Source: Lingula anatina
Lineage: Eukaryota > Animalia > Brachiopoda
Assembly (NCBI GenBank): GCA_051362555.1
Contig: CM120646.1
Coordinates: forward strand, 4,960,001-5,024,000
DNA length: 64,000 nt
Direction: 5' to 3'
This document shows positions 41,060 to 54,800 of the stretch, piece after piece; the first letter of the stretch is position 1, and each line of letters starts with the position of its first letter. The notes below the pieces were generated by a model. That model did no database searches. It saw nothing but the letters and a program-made list of their open reading frames with translations, and had not been told where the DNA came from. The position numbers and the translations under genes were made by a program.

Positions 41060-42095
41060 AGCATTAGGGTAGAATGTAACAGAGAGATACCGCATTAATC
41101 TAAACGGAAAATATAAAACAACAAAAACACATTAGAATACACAATTATGAAATATGATAGGTCATCCTACATACTAACACCTTCCCTATCTCCTAGACTA
41201 CATCCCTGCCACTCTGTACTCACAGCTCATTAACGCCTCGTTATCCCCTCTCCTGTCCAGACGTTCCGCCATTACAGACACTTAGCGCAAACTTTACCAC
41301 TCAGACAACAGCCAGGCATTTACTCCCATCAGCCATAATGAGACAATGAGAGAAACAGAGACAATGAGAGAAACACTGGTTATATTATTACTGTCTGAGA
41401 GGCCAGCAACATGTTCCAGAAGTAAATTTACACAGTGAAATTCAACTACTGGCAGGCTGGGAAGCCCATTAGCCATTACCTGGCTGTTACATCAATATTG
41501 GTTTTCTATTAACACTGGAAGGCTGCTGCCCAGGTCATTAAAGAGCAGTTCTGTGGTTTGGCGGAACTATACAAAATACATTAGGACATTAGTGTTGATT
41601 GATCTGCAACCCTGGTCATTTGTTTCTTGTTGTCGTGGCTGTATCTGGCCAGTAATCTTAAAGCCATTCCTGAACATGACTAGTGAATAGAACATTCTGC
41701 TGAACTTTACTTTCAACACAGACAAGAGTGCAAACATTGTAACAAGAGCTGGAGTGATAAATTCAACGAGAGAAACAGAAGTTGAGGTTTTATTTCAGAT
41801 CTATAAAACTGGGGTTGGGGGATTAATCAAGTCAATTAATATATCCTGTGTGGCATCAAATAGGCTGTGAACAAAGTTTGAAAACTGTCTGAATTTGTTC
41901 CTGTTAACTTTCAGTCTACTTCAAGTAGAAGTTGTCTCTCCTCTTTCAGTCTAAAATTGAGACTAATTGCCATTCAGAGACCAATCTAAATCGCCTTTCT
42001 AAGACCATTCCCTGTCTGTAATAATGATGATGGCTATTAAGATTTAACAGGGATTAGTAAGAATACAGTGAAGAAACGGCTTCAACAAAGGGTAC

Positions 42096-42098
<3 letters not shown>

Positions 42099-42130
<32 letters not shown>
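42099..42130. repeat. (GA)n microsatellite
   Basis: Direct reading. Confidence 0.95.
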
Positions 42131-42135
<5 letters not shown>

Positions 42136-45100
42136 TTTCATCTTGGAAAAAGTATCATTATCTTACCATGGTATCCAAACCCTTTAGCACTCCATCATTC
42201 TAGCCTTTAATTCCATAACAGAAAATTTTCACAACACCATAGTCTGACCCAAAAAAAAAAAACTATTTTTTATAGACAAAACCAAGTACCTTGATATCTT
42301 GCCAACACAGGTCTGTATAAGATGGAACTTCTGATATATCTTCTTATATCTTCTACTGTCAAAATCCACTTAATATCCTCAATCAATAGCAGTTATATAA
42401 GTCCTATATTCCTTCTATGTATCCACACTCCAGTGAGTTAAACTGCAGAGCTGATTTCTTGATACCTGGAATTAGAAAAGAATCCTGGATTAATTCCATG
42501 TGTCTTATCAAGTGGTTTATAGCAGTTATGCTCCTTAAATATCTGTAACTGAAAACCGAAGCCTCCAAAGTACAGAATGTAATTCTGTGTTATAAATTTT
42601 CCCTTCATGATTTCCATAATTGTAAATTAAAGAAAGAATCCATCGCTTGTAGCGTACCACAGCTACACTTTTCTTCCCTGTGAATGAGTGCATTTTAGGC
42701 ATTAACCACTAGGGCTTCATCTCTCCCCTAGGGGGCTCCACACATCCTGCCTTCAATCACATGTTTGCCGTCCACCTTAATTAATCTAATTATCACCAAT
42801 GAGTGTTCTGGCCATAGATCAATCTGCTGACCAGCATGCTCTGGCCATTTCTTATCTATATCCATCTGTTGACTGGCCCCTTGACCATTTCGGACAGACT
42901 GAACACCAAGGAATTTTCAAGGTGCATTTTTTTCCCCCAATAATTTCTCTTTTGCTATATGTTTGTTTTCCCACATGTGTTCAAAATTCCGTATATAAAT
43001 GCCTGACAATTGTGATGCTCAGGCTCTTTATTTAAGCAATATCATATCAGTTTTCTTTTTTTTCTCTGGGGTATAATTGCTAAATATGTTCAGGTAATTA
43101 TCAAAGAGATAACAGAAAATCAGTGCCTATTTCTTAAAAGCCGTCATAAATCATACATATATCTTAAAATGGACACGTAATCATTACTGTCAAAATTCTT
43201 TCAGAATTTCACCAACAAATGGCTCTTTAAATACCCCATCACAGTTTAACATCATTGTCATCACCGCCATCATCACCATCATCAACAGGGAAAACCAGCA
43301 GCAATGACGAAACACACATCACAATAATAACACACTATGGACCAGTAAGGGGCATCAGTTGTCCAAATGAATCAAACAAAATATTCCCAGCATCAGCACA
43401 GACTCAAACATCCAAATTAGCTTTGTGCACTGATCCCCTATTCCACAGCCAGTCTACAATTTACATTCCCCATATTATTCTGAAACTTAATCCCGATGGT
43501 TTCCTGCACAGGGGGCACTGTTGCTGGGACCGCTAAATAGAGCGGGTCATCACCCTGTAGGGATGGACACAATGCCCAGTGTCCAGCCCCTCTCACCTGT
43601 CCATTCATTAAGCTCTCCAGAGGTCAGTCTCTAATGAGCCTGCCTGCCTGCCCACTGGGGTAACATTTCAGACACAGAACAAAGAAGGGGTTTTGTTTGT
43701 ATGGGGTTTTGTTCTGTGGACATTTCTGATGTTTGAAAGAAATGCCCATTATAAACAGTGTTATTTATAACTAAATTGGTTCAAAGAATAAAAAAATGAT
43801 ACAAATTTAAGCATTGTATATTTCAATTTGAAAAATGTCTAAATAATCACATTACTTTCAATTTATTCGATATAATTTAACTCAAAAGAGTATTTCAAAG
43901 CAAATACAAAGAAAAACATTTAGAAGTGACCAAAATGGAGACCAGTGTCTGTAAGGAAATATTTTCAAATTTAAGAAAAACATTCTCCGATCTCATCCAA
44001 ACATTCATTATGTGTATCCCATGAAAACTGATTTCCTGCTCTCCACATTCATCATCAGTAAGCCCAACACCACCAGTAACTCTATACCCTAGATCTCATC
44101 TTAACTTTGGATTTTCATTGACAAGTCTCATTTCAAACATGTAGAAAGACTCCATAAGAAGAATACAACCTTGTAAAGTGACTCACATATGCAATTTCAT
44201 ACACAAACAGTCGAGTCAACTTTGTAAGTGTTTCGATGAGAAGGGAGACAAAAATCAATGCTGTAACAGCACGGAAGAAAACAGGCCATATTGTTCGCCT
44301 TCATAAAGTAAAGCCCATTTTAGGATGAGGTAATATTCTGGACACATTCTAACAAGGCAGTCTGTTTGTATTTTCTTACGACAACAACAACACAGAGAGA
44401 GGAATGAAATTAAAATTTGCACAGGGCTGTGTAAATGCAGTAGCCATTAGAAAAGTAATGGTGTGAAGAACAGTGCACCTGTTCCACGTCTGATCTTACT
44501 TCTCTCTCAAACCAAAGCCTGATTTTCCCTCTAAAACAACATCTCAAAATAAAATAATAGAAAAATCAATAATTATGAATCAAATACCTCGGTTTTTTTC
44601 TGGTTTTTTATTACCAAAAGAAAGTGAAGAAGTTCTATGAGATAATCTAATAAATCTGCAATAATATTCCGAATTATAACTTTATTGTATAAGCAACTGT
44701 CCTACCTAGAAAATATGGACAAATATTACACATTTACGCTTCAAAAGTTTGTTCTTCTTTTTAGACATGTATCTATCCATGTGTCTTTTATTTGTTATAT
44801 TTGTACCACAAATAAGATAATAAACTCGATCCAAATGACACGATGACATTTCACAAAGCAAGAAATTCCACAAAAAAAAAGGCATCTGGTATCACTTTTA
44901 TATTGCTTTTTACACATTATCTTGTCACTTGTCAAACTGACAGGTAAAAGTGACACAGGTAAAATAAGCAGGTGAGATATTGGTATTACAAGGCAATGAA
45001 CCAGATCACTGACAACAAAATTACATCACAAAACATGTTCAGCCATCAAAGAAAGACAATAAGACATCTGGCATCTGACTTGTACTTAAATGAACAATCA

Positions 45101-45547
45101 TACAGATTTGAAAAATTGTAGTATAATGAGACAGAAAATGGAAGAATCTTTAACCAACACAATAACAACCTTTCATAGCTACACAGAATTAAAAACAATA
45201 ATTCATATATCCTTCAATAGTACTCCAAAAGTATCAAAAATATTACGATTCAATACCTTACTTCTTCCTGAACAATCTTGTCTATCCTGTAAATTTCATC
45301 AAAATTTATGAAGTACTTTTTAAGATATCTTGTCCCCATACCAATGAAAACAAACTAAATGAGCCTCCAGTAGGGTATCCTAGCCAATACAGGTTCAACC
45401 TCCAATCAATACCTCATCAATACCAAGGGATGGATACATCATCAATACAAATGAACTGAAGTCACCAAGGGACAAATCAAACACTTCTAAACCCAGACCT
45501 TAGCTCAGGCAACTTACATGACAGACTTTGGGGTTGGGTGTTGGAAG

Positions 45548-45706
45548 AGGCCATCTTCTGGGTCTTTCAGAAAAAAGTGTCAGAAATTTTCATGTTTACA
45601 TTGACAGGCATCGATTTTTTTCTGTCAGAAGATGGTCAAAAATGGAGGATGGATCGACAAAGATAAATGGAGGATGGATCGACTGTCAGAAAATATCTCT
45701 GGATCC
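45548..45706 (+). mobile_element. 168-bp MITE family, copy B (termini eroded, internal 19-bp duplication aaatggaggatggatcgac)
   Basis: Aligns by eye to 9954-10101. Confidence 0.8.
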
Positions 45707-47804
45707 TCCACGGAGACCTTTGGCAAGCACCTGTTGATATTACGATAACCCCCTCCCCCCCCCCTCCAACCCCAATCTACTTCACTAAGACATCTACCAG
45801 TAGCATTTGTGTCCCAATGCCATGTGTCAGCAGTGTAAAGACCATGTCTGATTTGGGCAGCAAACAACTTGTGTATAATCCTGTGTCCCCTTGGGATTAT
45901 CTGGGTGTCAGGGACAGGTAATCCTGGGGTTAATCAATGTGTATCCCAGGGGACAGTTACAAGGAATGACTTAAGACCGTCTTAATTTTTAGACTAAAAA
46001 GTTTAGTCTACTTTGACCCAAGCTGAACAACTATGAACGTAACTATAGGTGGAATAAAGACTTATCTTTGGGCTAATGTCCTTGTCTGAAATTTGTCACT
46101 GGGCTATTCTGACAGGTGCTTGTTGCCTCTCAAACTTCTCACCTATTACTAGCACCTATTATTCTTGAAATATAAAACAAAAGCTTTCTCTTCTTACCTG
46201 TAGGAAAGCCAGGCATATATCCTCAGTAAATTTCCAAATCCAGTTGGTAGTAAGTAAATTCCAATACCTCGGACCAAATCGACCTGAATTAAGCTGGATT
46301 TGTAAAAACCAATAACCAGATATAATCTCTTCCTCTGCTTGTAGTTCTAATGAATCCAATGTACCACGCTTTAAAAACCAATCAGACATTGATTGTTTCA
46401 ATACAAGTCTGGTGTACACTGCTCCAACATGACACACTGCCCAAAGGATGTGTCCCCGTAGAGTTCCTATGAGACTTATTTTCCTGCTGAGACTCACATC
46501 CAATATTCTCCACATCAGATTCTCCTTATGAGAAGCCCCAGTCTCTCTGAACTCATTCCACCCCCTCCACCTGAGCAGGCAGGCCTGTCAATCCCTCTCT
46601 ACGCCTTACAGCCAATCAATTCACCTGGTTGAAAAATGACTGTTAATCAGCGTCCAATGGTAACCCGCGGGGCCCCAGCCTCACAGAGCACAATACTCCA
46701 CCATGTTAAATTATAGACCTAAAGGTCGCGGGGTCACTTTGTATTACACATACACAGCGCCCATCAAAACATGCACTACGATGGAGCACAATCCCCGCTT
46801 TAAGCCTGGACTAACAATACGGGACAAAGCCCCTGAATAGACCCATCTTGTTTGTGTGTTTGGACAAGCAGTCGTGGCCAGCCAAGTTTTGTTTAGATTG
46901 AGGCAAAATTCCTCCATGTAATCTTGCCTTTCAGTTGGGCTACTGTCAAATTATCTGCCCCATGATCAAAATTGGTCCCTGTTCAGCTTTCCATTAGGAA
47001 GAGGCTTGGGTCAAGGCACTAAGAAGAACTGGATACTTTGTTCATGGGTCCTCAGTATTGATACGATCTGTCGAGAACATGGTCTAACATGGCATAAGCT
47101 GCCATTCCTGTTCTCATCTTGTTCAGCATAGAAGATGAAGTTGAAAGACAGGAAAATGGATAGAAATGTAGCAGCTCAGTTAATAGCCATTTTTGGGGTT
47201 CAGATGTTTTTTTGCAATGTTTGCTGCAGTGTACACCTGGTAAAGCATTTTAAACTGCTGAAGTAAATTGGAAACAAACTATTGAGTAATTGTTGCAACT
47301 AGCTGTTAGGAGCAAACACCCTGTTTTTAATCAGTGGTATGTTCTTTTACTTGAACAAATATGGAGCATTCTACATTGTGTAATCTCACTTGAAAGGAAT
47401 GGAATGCATGTCAGCTATGTATCACCCTCTTCTGCTCACCAAGTGCTATTTTACAGCTACTGAGAATGATTTTCAAAAGTATTTCAAAAGAGAAGAAAAT
47501 AAACTAATCAACTCCCATAAGATTTCTTTGAAATATTTTGTTTCTCTCATTTCTCCCCAAAAATTTGGAGCAGAGGTTACCAAGGCAATTATAGCAGGTC
47601 AGTCTCACTGTGAGCACCTGGGGGTGACCCGAGGGAAAGATTGACCCATTGTTATCCCTGGTTATTTCCCTTTGATGTCTCACCTCATATATGCTGATCA
47701 ATGCCCACATCAAAACTCATTAAATCAATAAGAAATCAACCAGTACAAAAGCAACATGTGGCCCCTTTGACATTGTTTTCTTATACCAACACGCCCAATG
47801 GTAG

Positions 47805-47808
<4 letters not shown>

Positions 47809-47854
<46 letters not shown>
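47809..47854. repeat. (TC)n microsatellite
   Basis: Direct reading. Confidence 0.97.
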
Positions 47855-47856
<2 letters not shown>

Positions 47857-48717
47857 GCACACACTCCGAAATTCATTCACCATCAACTGAGAAATTTATT
47901 TAAGAGATTACAAATCCACTTTGGAGATTTGGTATTCTGTCCAATAAATCCATTCTGATTCTAAAATAACACAGGGAACATGTTAATACACAATTGGTTG
48001 AATTTGTGAGAGAAGAGGCCACTTAGTTTAGAACAAATTCTTAAGATAATTAACCTAAGTCTTGGGGGATTTTAATGTATTTGCCTGCATTACTGTTGGG
48101 TATATAATAACAAAGAGAGCAAACAACTTTACCCTTGTTTTTGTAATAATCAGCTATGTCAATGAGACTTCTACAGAACATACCAGGGGTACATCTGTAT
48201 TAATGCAAATGTTCTTGAAACAGAGCACTTGGGGTCCACAGATTCCTACTTCCAAAACAATTGAGAGCTTAGTTTTAAATTAAACATGAGGCTAATGTGA
48301 TTAAGAACCCTCTCAGATATAAGTCCTGTTTCCCTAGTAGGAGAAACTTCCACCTATTTGCAGCCATCATGGTAATGCACTGGGACGTCACACAAATCTG
48401 GAAAGGCCAGATCTGGGTTCTATTTTGATAAGAGATTTTGGAAATGAAGGTTCTATTTCTGCTCTGAGGGTTCTGATGATACATCCCTTCCTATTTCATA
48501 ATGTGTCCTGGCAGAGGCTCCCCGCAGGCTGTTTATATTGAAAATCAGTTTGATATTATCTTACCCAAATGAGAAATTGGTTTTGATAGCTAAATTTATA
48601 GAAAAATAACAACTTTTTGCTAAGTCAAACAGGAAAAGTCAGCTGCCAGTAGTTCATACTTGTGCGGATTGTTTATTTCTCAGTTTGAGATGTGTCATAT
48701 GCTCTAAAATGGCCCCT

Positions 48718-48720
<3 letters not shown>

Positions 48721-48794
<74 letters not shown>
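48721..48794. repeat. (GA)n microsatellite
   Basis: Direct reading. Confidence 0.98.
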
Positions 48795-48797
<3 letters not shown>

Positions 48798-50287
48798 TGG
48801 GACTGATGGCCATATTCACACCATGTAGAGTGTTGATTCTATATCAAATGAACAGTGGTCTAAACAATACACAGAACTCTGTCATCATCAATCTGAGAAA
48901 GATAGAATAGGACCAGGAACATAGTGCCACATCATACAGAAAATACAAGCAAAATGGGGTGTGCTCCTAACCACAGCCGTACCCCCAGATGCTTCACTCA
49001 AACAGGACAGGACAGGAAAGCTAATATCAATTGGCATGGGGGGTGGGGGGTGGGGGGGCGAGGGTAGAAAAAGCAGAATACCTGACTGTTTTATTAAAGC
49101 CACACTGTGCAAACAAATTCAAGTGGCCTGCAGAAAAATGCACCCCGTAACTCAAAAGGTAAAAGGATCCGTCACGGGTAAACCTCAAGCCCAGCTCGTT
49201 TGATTCTCCTGTTGGGAAAAAGGATCCTCAGATTTTCCTCCCCTCAATCCCAAAAGGTTAAGCATGTTTGTACACAACTGGGTCTCTAGGTGCAAACTGT
49301 GTACATGACCAATGCAACAACCCAGGTTCAGTTTCTTCAGGGGCACACTTCTATTTAATAACACAAATAATGTGTTTTATCGACTATTAAGACCCATTAC
49401 TTCTAGATGTGTTTATGTCAAATATAAACAGCGTTAATTCTAGCATGCTCCCGGTGGAGTTAAGATCTACAATAAGAGGGAAGGAAGACATGGTGCAACT
49501 TATGCAAAAAACTCGCTATGAATCTGAAACTCCAGACAGAAAATGAGGGAAGTTCAGAAAATTGGCAATACCTGGGTATTTCTATGTTTATCCCAAAGTT
49601 TTTAAATGGAAAAACAACACTCTGATGTTAGCTAGACCCAGGCAAACAACTTAACGCATACAGGATTGCGTAAAGTGCCTAGGTTTTACAATTTGTTATG
49701 CTAAGGACTTCTAAATTAATTCAACAGCAGTCGTCGAGTCTGCAAGCACTGGTATAGATTACACAATGATATAAAAGAGTATTGTTGTGTGGAAATGCAG
49801 ACCAAACTCTTCTTATCCAACCTTAAAATTCACTCTAGTTGAACCAAGGAAAATTTATGATCCTCTCCTAGGTATAAAAATGTCAAGTGTATTTAATAAA
49901 GCTGTAATTTCTCTCTGCATGCAAAAACTATTTGGAGATGGTTAATGTGGTGCCCTATTAAAATGCCTGGCAGTCAATCTTTTTACCATAAATGTTAAAG
50001 CAAGGTTAAAGTCAGTGGAATTTCAGAACTATTACAGCAATCCTGCATAACCTGGGCTTTGTTTGAGGAGGATTTTACACCTCATAAAACAACAATTGCA
50101 GAAATACCTGAAAGTCTAGCAAACTGAATCATTGCTGACAAGGTTTGAATAATTAGAAACTTTTAAAGCACCCTGGATGGAAAGAGTTTTATATCACCTA
50201 CAATGTATATCAAAAAGCCTTGTAACTGCTTTTATACAGAAAATGACAAAGATTTGAGGCAATTGATAATTTTCTCTTGATAAACAA

Positions 50288-50840
50288 TACCCCGTTCACA
50301 CTACAGTTGCCAAAATGCGCATTTCTATAATTCGGATTTTTCGTAAGGAATCCGATTCGGTATTGGGTTCACACTCGCTAAGCGAATCCGAATCCCACGT
50401 TGAAAATTTCAGGTAAAACTTCCTGTTTTGAACACTCGCGCATGCGCCGCACAGGAAATCTTAAAATATCAACAAAAATTTGTGACGAAAAATGCAACTC
50501 AAAAGACATTCCAGCATTCTTGAGAAGTATAAGGTGGCAAAATAAGTTTGTTTCCTCATGTTGTAGTGAGTGGTGACCGCCAAATACGTTTGGTGCAATC
50601 GCTAAAGTAATAAACCAGCGTTCATAGATATCCGCACTTATCTGCACACATGCGCAGTAAGATATGTACAGGTGTCGATTCCGGTAAGTTATCCGGATCG
50701 CGCTTAGAAATCCACCTCGCTTGCAGGATTTTGAAAATGCGCATTTTCAAAATCCTCTTGCGTTCACACTACTGCATTTATTCGAATTGTGACCTAATTC
50801 GCAACTTATCCGGATAACTGAGCGTAGTGTGAACGGGGTA
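50288..50840. mobile_element. 553-bp CpG-rich non-autonomous TIR element (PIF/Harbinger-like)
   Basis: Perfect 17-bp TIR taccccgttcacactac / gtagtgtgaacggggta, with caa on both flanks. Confidence 0.85.
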
Positions 50841-51690
50841 CAAGAGAGAGAGAGAGAGAGAGAATGAATGAATACTAATAACCAACATGGCAACATGAGG
50901 CAGATCCTTCTTTAAATGTTTACCTGTAAAATGTCCAGCTCATAACTTACTCTAGAACTTGCAGTTGTTTAATGTTATCTTCAATGACAATCCAACACTT
51001 TTTAAACACTTTTCAATAAAAAAAACCTCAAGCTATATAACTACAGTCCATCTTCTGGCCATGTTTTCCCTGTCACATCCAGTTTAAAATGCCCCATAAA
51101 GTAAGAACCAATGGCACTGGTCACTCACCTGCACTTAACAACTTCCCCTATTAACTTGACCAGCAAACTAGCTCCCCATTAAAAGGCTTTACTTTGCACT
51201 TCCACCAAATTAATAGCCCCGTGATTTGACCATTAATAGCCCCGTGATGTCACCTGCCCATTGTCCACTACCTGGCTTCCTATTGTCCACTCTATGGCCA
51301 GAATAGGACTGCCATGCCGTAACATCACACAGGTAATTGCATAGTGGTCAAGGCATACCTGTTTAATGACAGATCTCTCCTTTGATGTTACCTCAGAACT
51401 CTTGCTGTATTGGGCAGTTACAGGGGAACATATTTTATTGGCATGTCCACCTGTGAAGTCAATGGGTCTGTACGACCATGCACACACACACACGGTGTCA
51501 CGCAACAACTTTCACAGGGAATTTGGTTTGGGCTTTATGACCAACATTTGAATTCAGTTAGACCCAAGATAAAAAATCTTCTTAAAACTTACTTTTCTTG
51601 AAGATTTATCATTCTCCTTCTGTCTACCTTACAAGAAACAAACCAGTAGATTTCAGCCCAAATATTCATGCTAACTGATCAGTCTATAAC

Positions 51691-51858
51691 CAGGGGCGGA
51701 TTTAAAGATATTTTCTGACATTCTTCCAAATCATCTTCGTTGATCCATCCTCCATTTTTGACTGTCTTCCGACAATAAAAATTAGATACCCGTCGATGTT
51801 AACTTAAAGATCTGACCGTCTTCCAGAAGACCCAGAAGACGGCCTAAATCCGCCCCTG
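51691..51858 (-). mobile_element. 168-bp MITE family, copy C (inverted relative to copy A)
   Basis: TIR caggggcggattta / taaatccgcccctg, with tataac on both flanks. Confidence 0.9.
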
Positions 51859-54800
51859 TATAACCCCATGGTTTAACATTTCATCAATCATTATACAAGC
51901 ATGAACTAGGTTAGCATCATATTTGTCTCCCATGTTCTCTCCAAGACATTCCTTACATTGCTGCTGATCTTTATTCTTTGTCTTTTGTTTTTCTTTTGTA
52001 CAGTAGCCAGTTATGTAAACCATGGAAGACTGACACTTGTTTCTTTGACTCATACGTTATCTAATTTGATTTTTTCTTTAATTCTTTTTGCTCTTTTTCA
52101 AATGATGATTCTTTTGTTCTTCCTGTGAATTTTGGTCCTAGAATTTACAACATCTTTCAGAGTAAGACCAAAAATTTTCTGCTGCTTAAACATGCAGCAA
52201 AATTCCATATAATAACCAGACTAGCGTCCTCAGAAACACCTTTTGAGACCTTTGGTATTAATCAAAGATTTGCATCAGGTTTCCCCAATGCCATTGCATT
52301 GTTACTGATCAAATACATCTAATGTAACAGTGTAATTATAAGATTGAGTCCCCCAATCATTTAATTTCTCCTCACTGTAAACAGGTCTTTAAAATATCAT
52401 CAATACATATCCCATCCAGTCAGCCTTTGAAACCGTGACACTGGACACGCAGCCAGACAAAGTGGGGCATTGACAAAGGAAAAGTCTATTGAAATGCCGA
52501 GACCAGTTAACATTTGACGAATTCCTGTGTGAACTTGGTGCAGGCATCTTTGAGCAAATTCTAAATATTAAAGGACAAACCAAGCGTGTTTACACAGAGC
52601 AAACTGTGTTCAAAATACATTACCCATTTCATTCCTTAAAACTTCATTCGCCAAACTGCCTGCAGTACCAAGACTGAAACACAGCTGAACCAGAAACGCA
52701 AGTGTAAATCTGCCTTATATTTCTGCCAAACTGTCACCAATGGTCAGCTTACATATTTCACTGGACATTCAACTGGACAAAGGGGCAGACAAGATAATGG
52801 TCCGAGGGCACCCCTGCCTCAGCACTTCTATGCAAGTTCTAAAGGGAGGCGCTGACATAACAGAGGTCAACGGGTACAGGGCTAAACCTCTCTTTTCAAA
52901 ACTCATCTGTAATCGAAGGGCGACTTCTTTTTAAAAATACAACCATGTTTTATCTGATTAAAGGGTTTATGGGATTACTACAGGGACGTATTTCTGGATA
53001 ATATAGAAGATTTAAAAGGGTTGTGTACCTAGCAAAATGCAGGCATTATCTGCTTCAGTGATAGCTCTTCTTGCGATAAATTGAAATGATAAGGATAAAA
53101 AGCCAGAGCAGTTGCATAAATAGTGATACAAGCATCGACACAATATACAGTAATACTTTCCACTAAGAAAGAGATCTTAAGCCAAAACAGCACAGAAATC
53201 GTCAACCATGCTTTAGACATGGAAAAAAATCATGAAACAAACAACATTTTATTCAGAGAGACGAGAGAAGACCAATCTTCCGAGTTCTGGTCCTGTCCCT
53301 AGTGAAAAGCGCACAGTTGACAACCATAATCCCATCACAATATTCAAAGCCGATTTGGACCTCTCCAAACATGTTAAGTTAGATAAGAGAAATTAGGGGG
53401 CAGTACACCAGGCAGATTAGAAGTGAAACGTTTTCCTCTTTTCACACAGCAGCTATTTTGAAATGAAATCCAATTATGAGCAAAATATGTTTACAGAAGC
53501 TGATCCAGTTTATGTGTTTGGTAGATGAAGGATTTGTGGAGAGGGAAAAGGAACCAGACAATTTTCTCCACAGCGTGTTACTAAATGTTCGTTGGTAAAA
53601 TTTCATGTTTCTGTTTGTTGTTTTTCTTGCCAATGATTGGGGTTTGTTTTCATACGATGGTGTGTCTGTTTGTTGTTTGTTAGTAGATAGAATATGTCAA
53701 AAAAGTCCACAGCAAATATTACCTTTCGTTTCAATATTATTCGTTTGATAATTTAAAAAAATTAAATCACAGTAACCAACATGGTACAACTATTAACAAA
53801 CCTTTTGGTTGCTTTTTTATCAAGGTTACCATACAACTAACTTTTGTTCATTTTAGCACTACTGCCTTGAGAAAACAACAAAATATAACGCACCTAAAAG
53901 AAAAAAAAAAGCCTGGTACTTGAAAAGAACACTTCAATAAAACTATTTAGCCTTCATTAATCCATGCAGCCTAATTAAAGGCTAACTACTTGAACTAATG
54001 AGATTATCCTGGCAATTCATTGACATGACCTTCAACCTGTAGAATTTTGTGGTTTATCGTGGAAATGATCAAAAGTAATTCTAGCCCGAAGCATGATCAC
54101 CACATAAAGCAACATAACAAAAGAAGGACTCAAAATAAGTGTGTACACAAATCATTGATTTCAAATGAGGAAAGGATGGAGACCAGAGCATAAAGGGCTT
54201 ACAATAAAACAGATCCATTGTGAATTCTAAAACCAAGGCTTATGAGATGCCGCTTGTGTTTTTTCAGTTAAAGTTTGGTTAGAATTCACCTTTGGTGTAT
54301 GAAATAAGAACAGATGATCCCAATGGCCACAGAGAAACCAACTGTCACTGAAAATTATTGACACCCAATCTTTATATCTTCTGAAATACATTTCAGACAG
54401 AAATGAGTAATCTTTAGCAATAATCGTTTTTGAAATAAAAACATGTCTACAGATCATGTTTCTTGCACTATTCAAACATGGCCGAAACATTTTAAAACCC
54501 TGACAAGTTTATGTTTAAAATGCACAATTCCATGGTTATTTATCTTCCTTAATTGTAGGCAAGATGTTATATAGTATAGAAAAGAGAACCTTAAATTACA
54601 ACTTACTATATAACACTTCTTTGTACGACGTAGACACCAGAAATGAAGTACCCCTCCTTTTTTTGAGTTTCATCAAAGACAGGAAGTTACTAAATCATGT
54701 CCCACAATAGCCTTGTCTAAAAAAGTTTCACTTCTATGGCATATGTGTATTCGAAGTCACAATCAGGTCCGTTTAAATGAAAAAAGTGTTTTAATGCTAG

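Noticed and set aside
43552-43560. ACCCTGTAG miR-10-like sequence
   Set aside because: Seed-length match only, and the rest diverges.
49250-49690. Possible SINE remnant (tgctcccggtggagttaag, gtaaagtgc)
   Set aside because: No clear A/B boxes or boundaries, too decayed to call.
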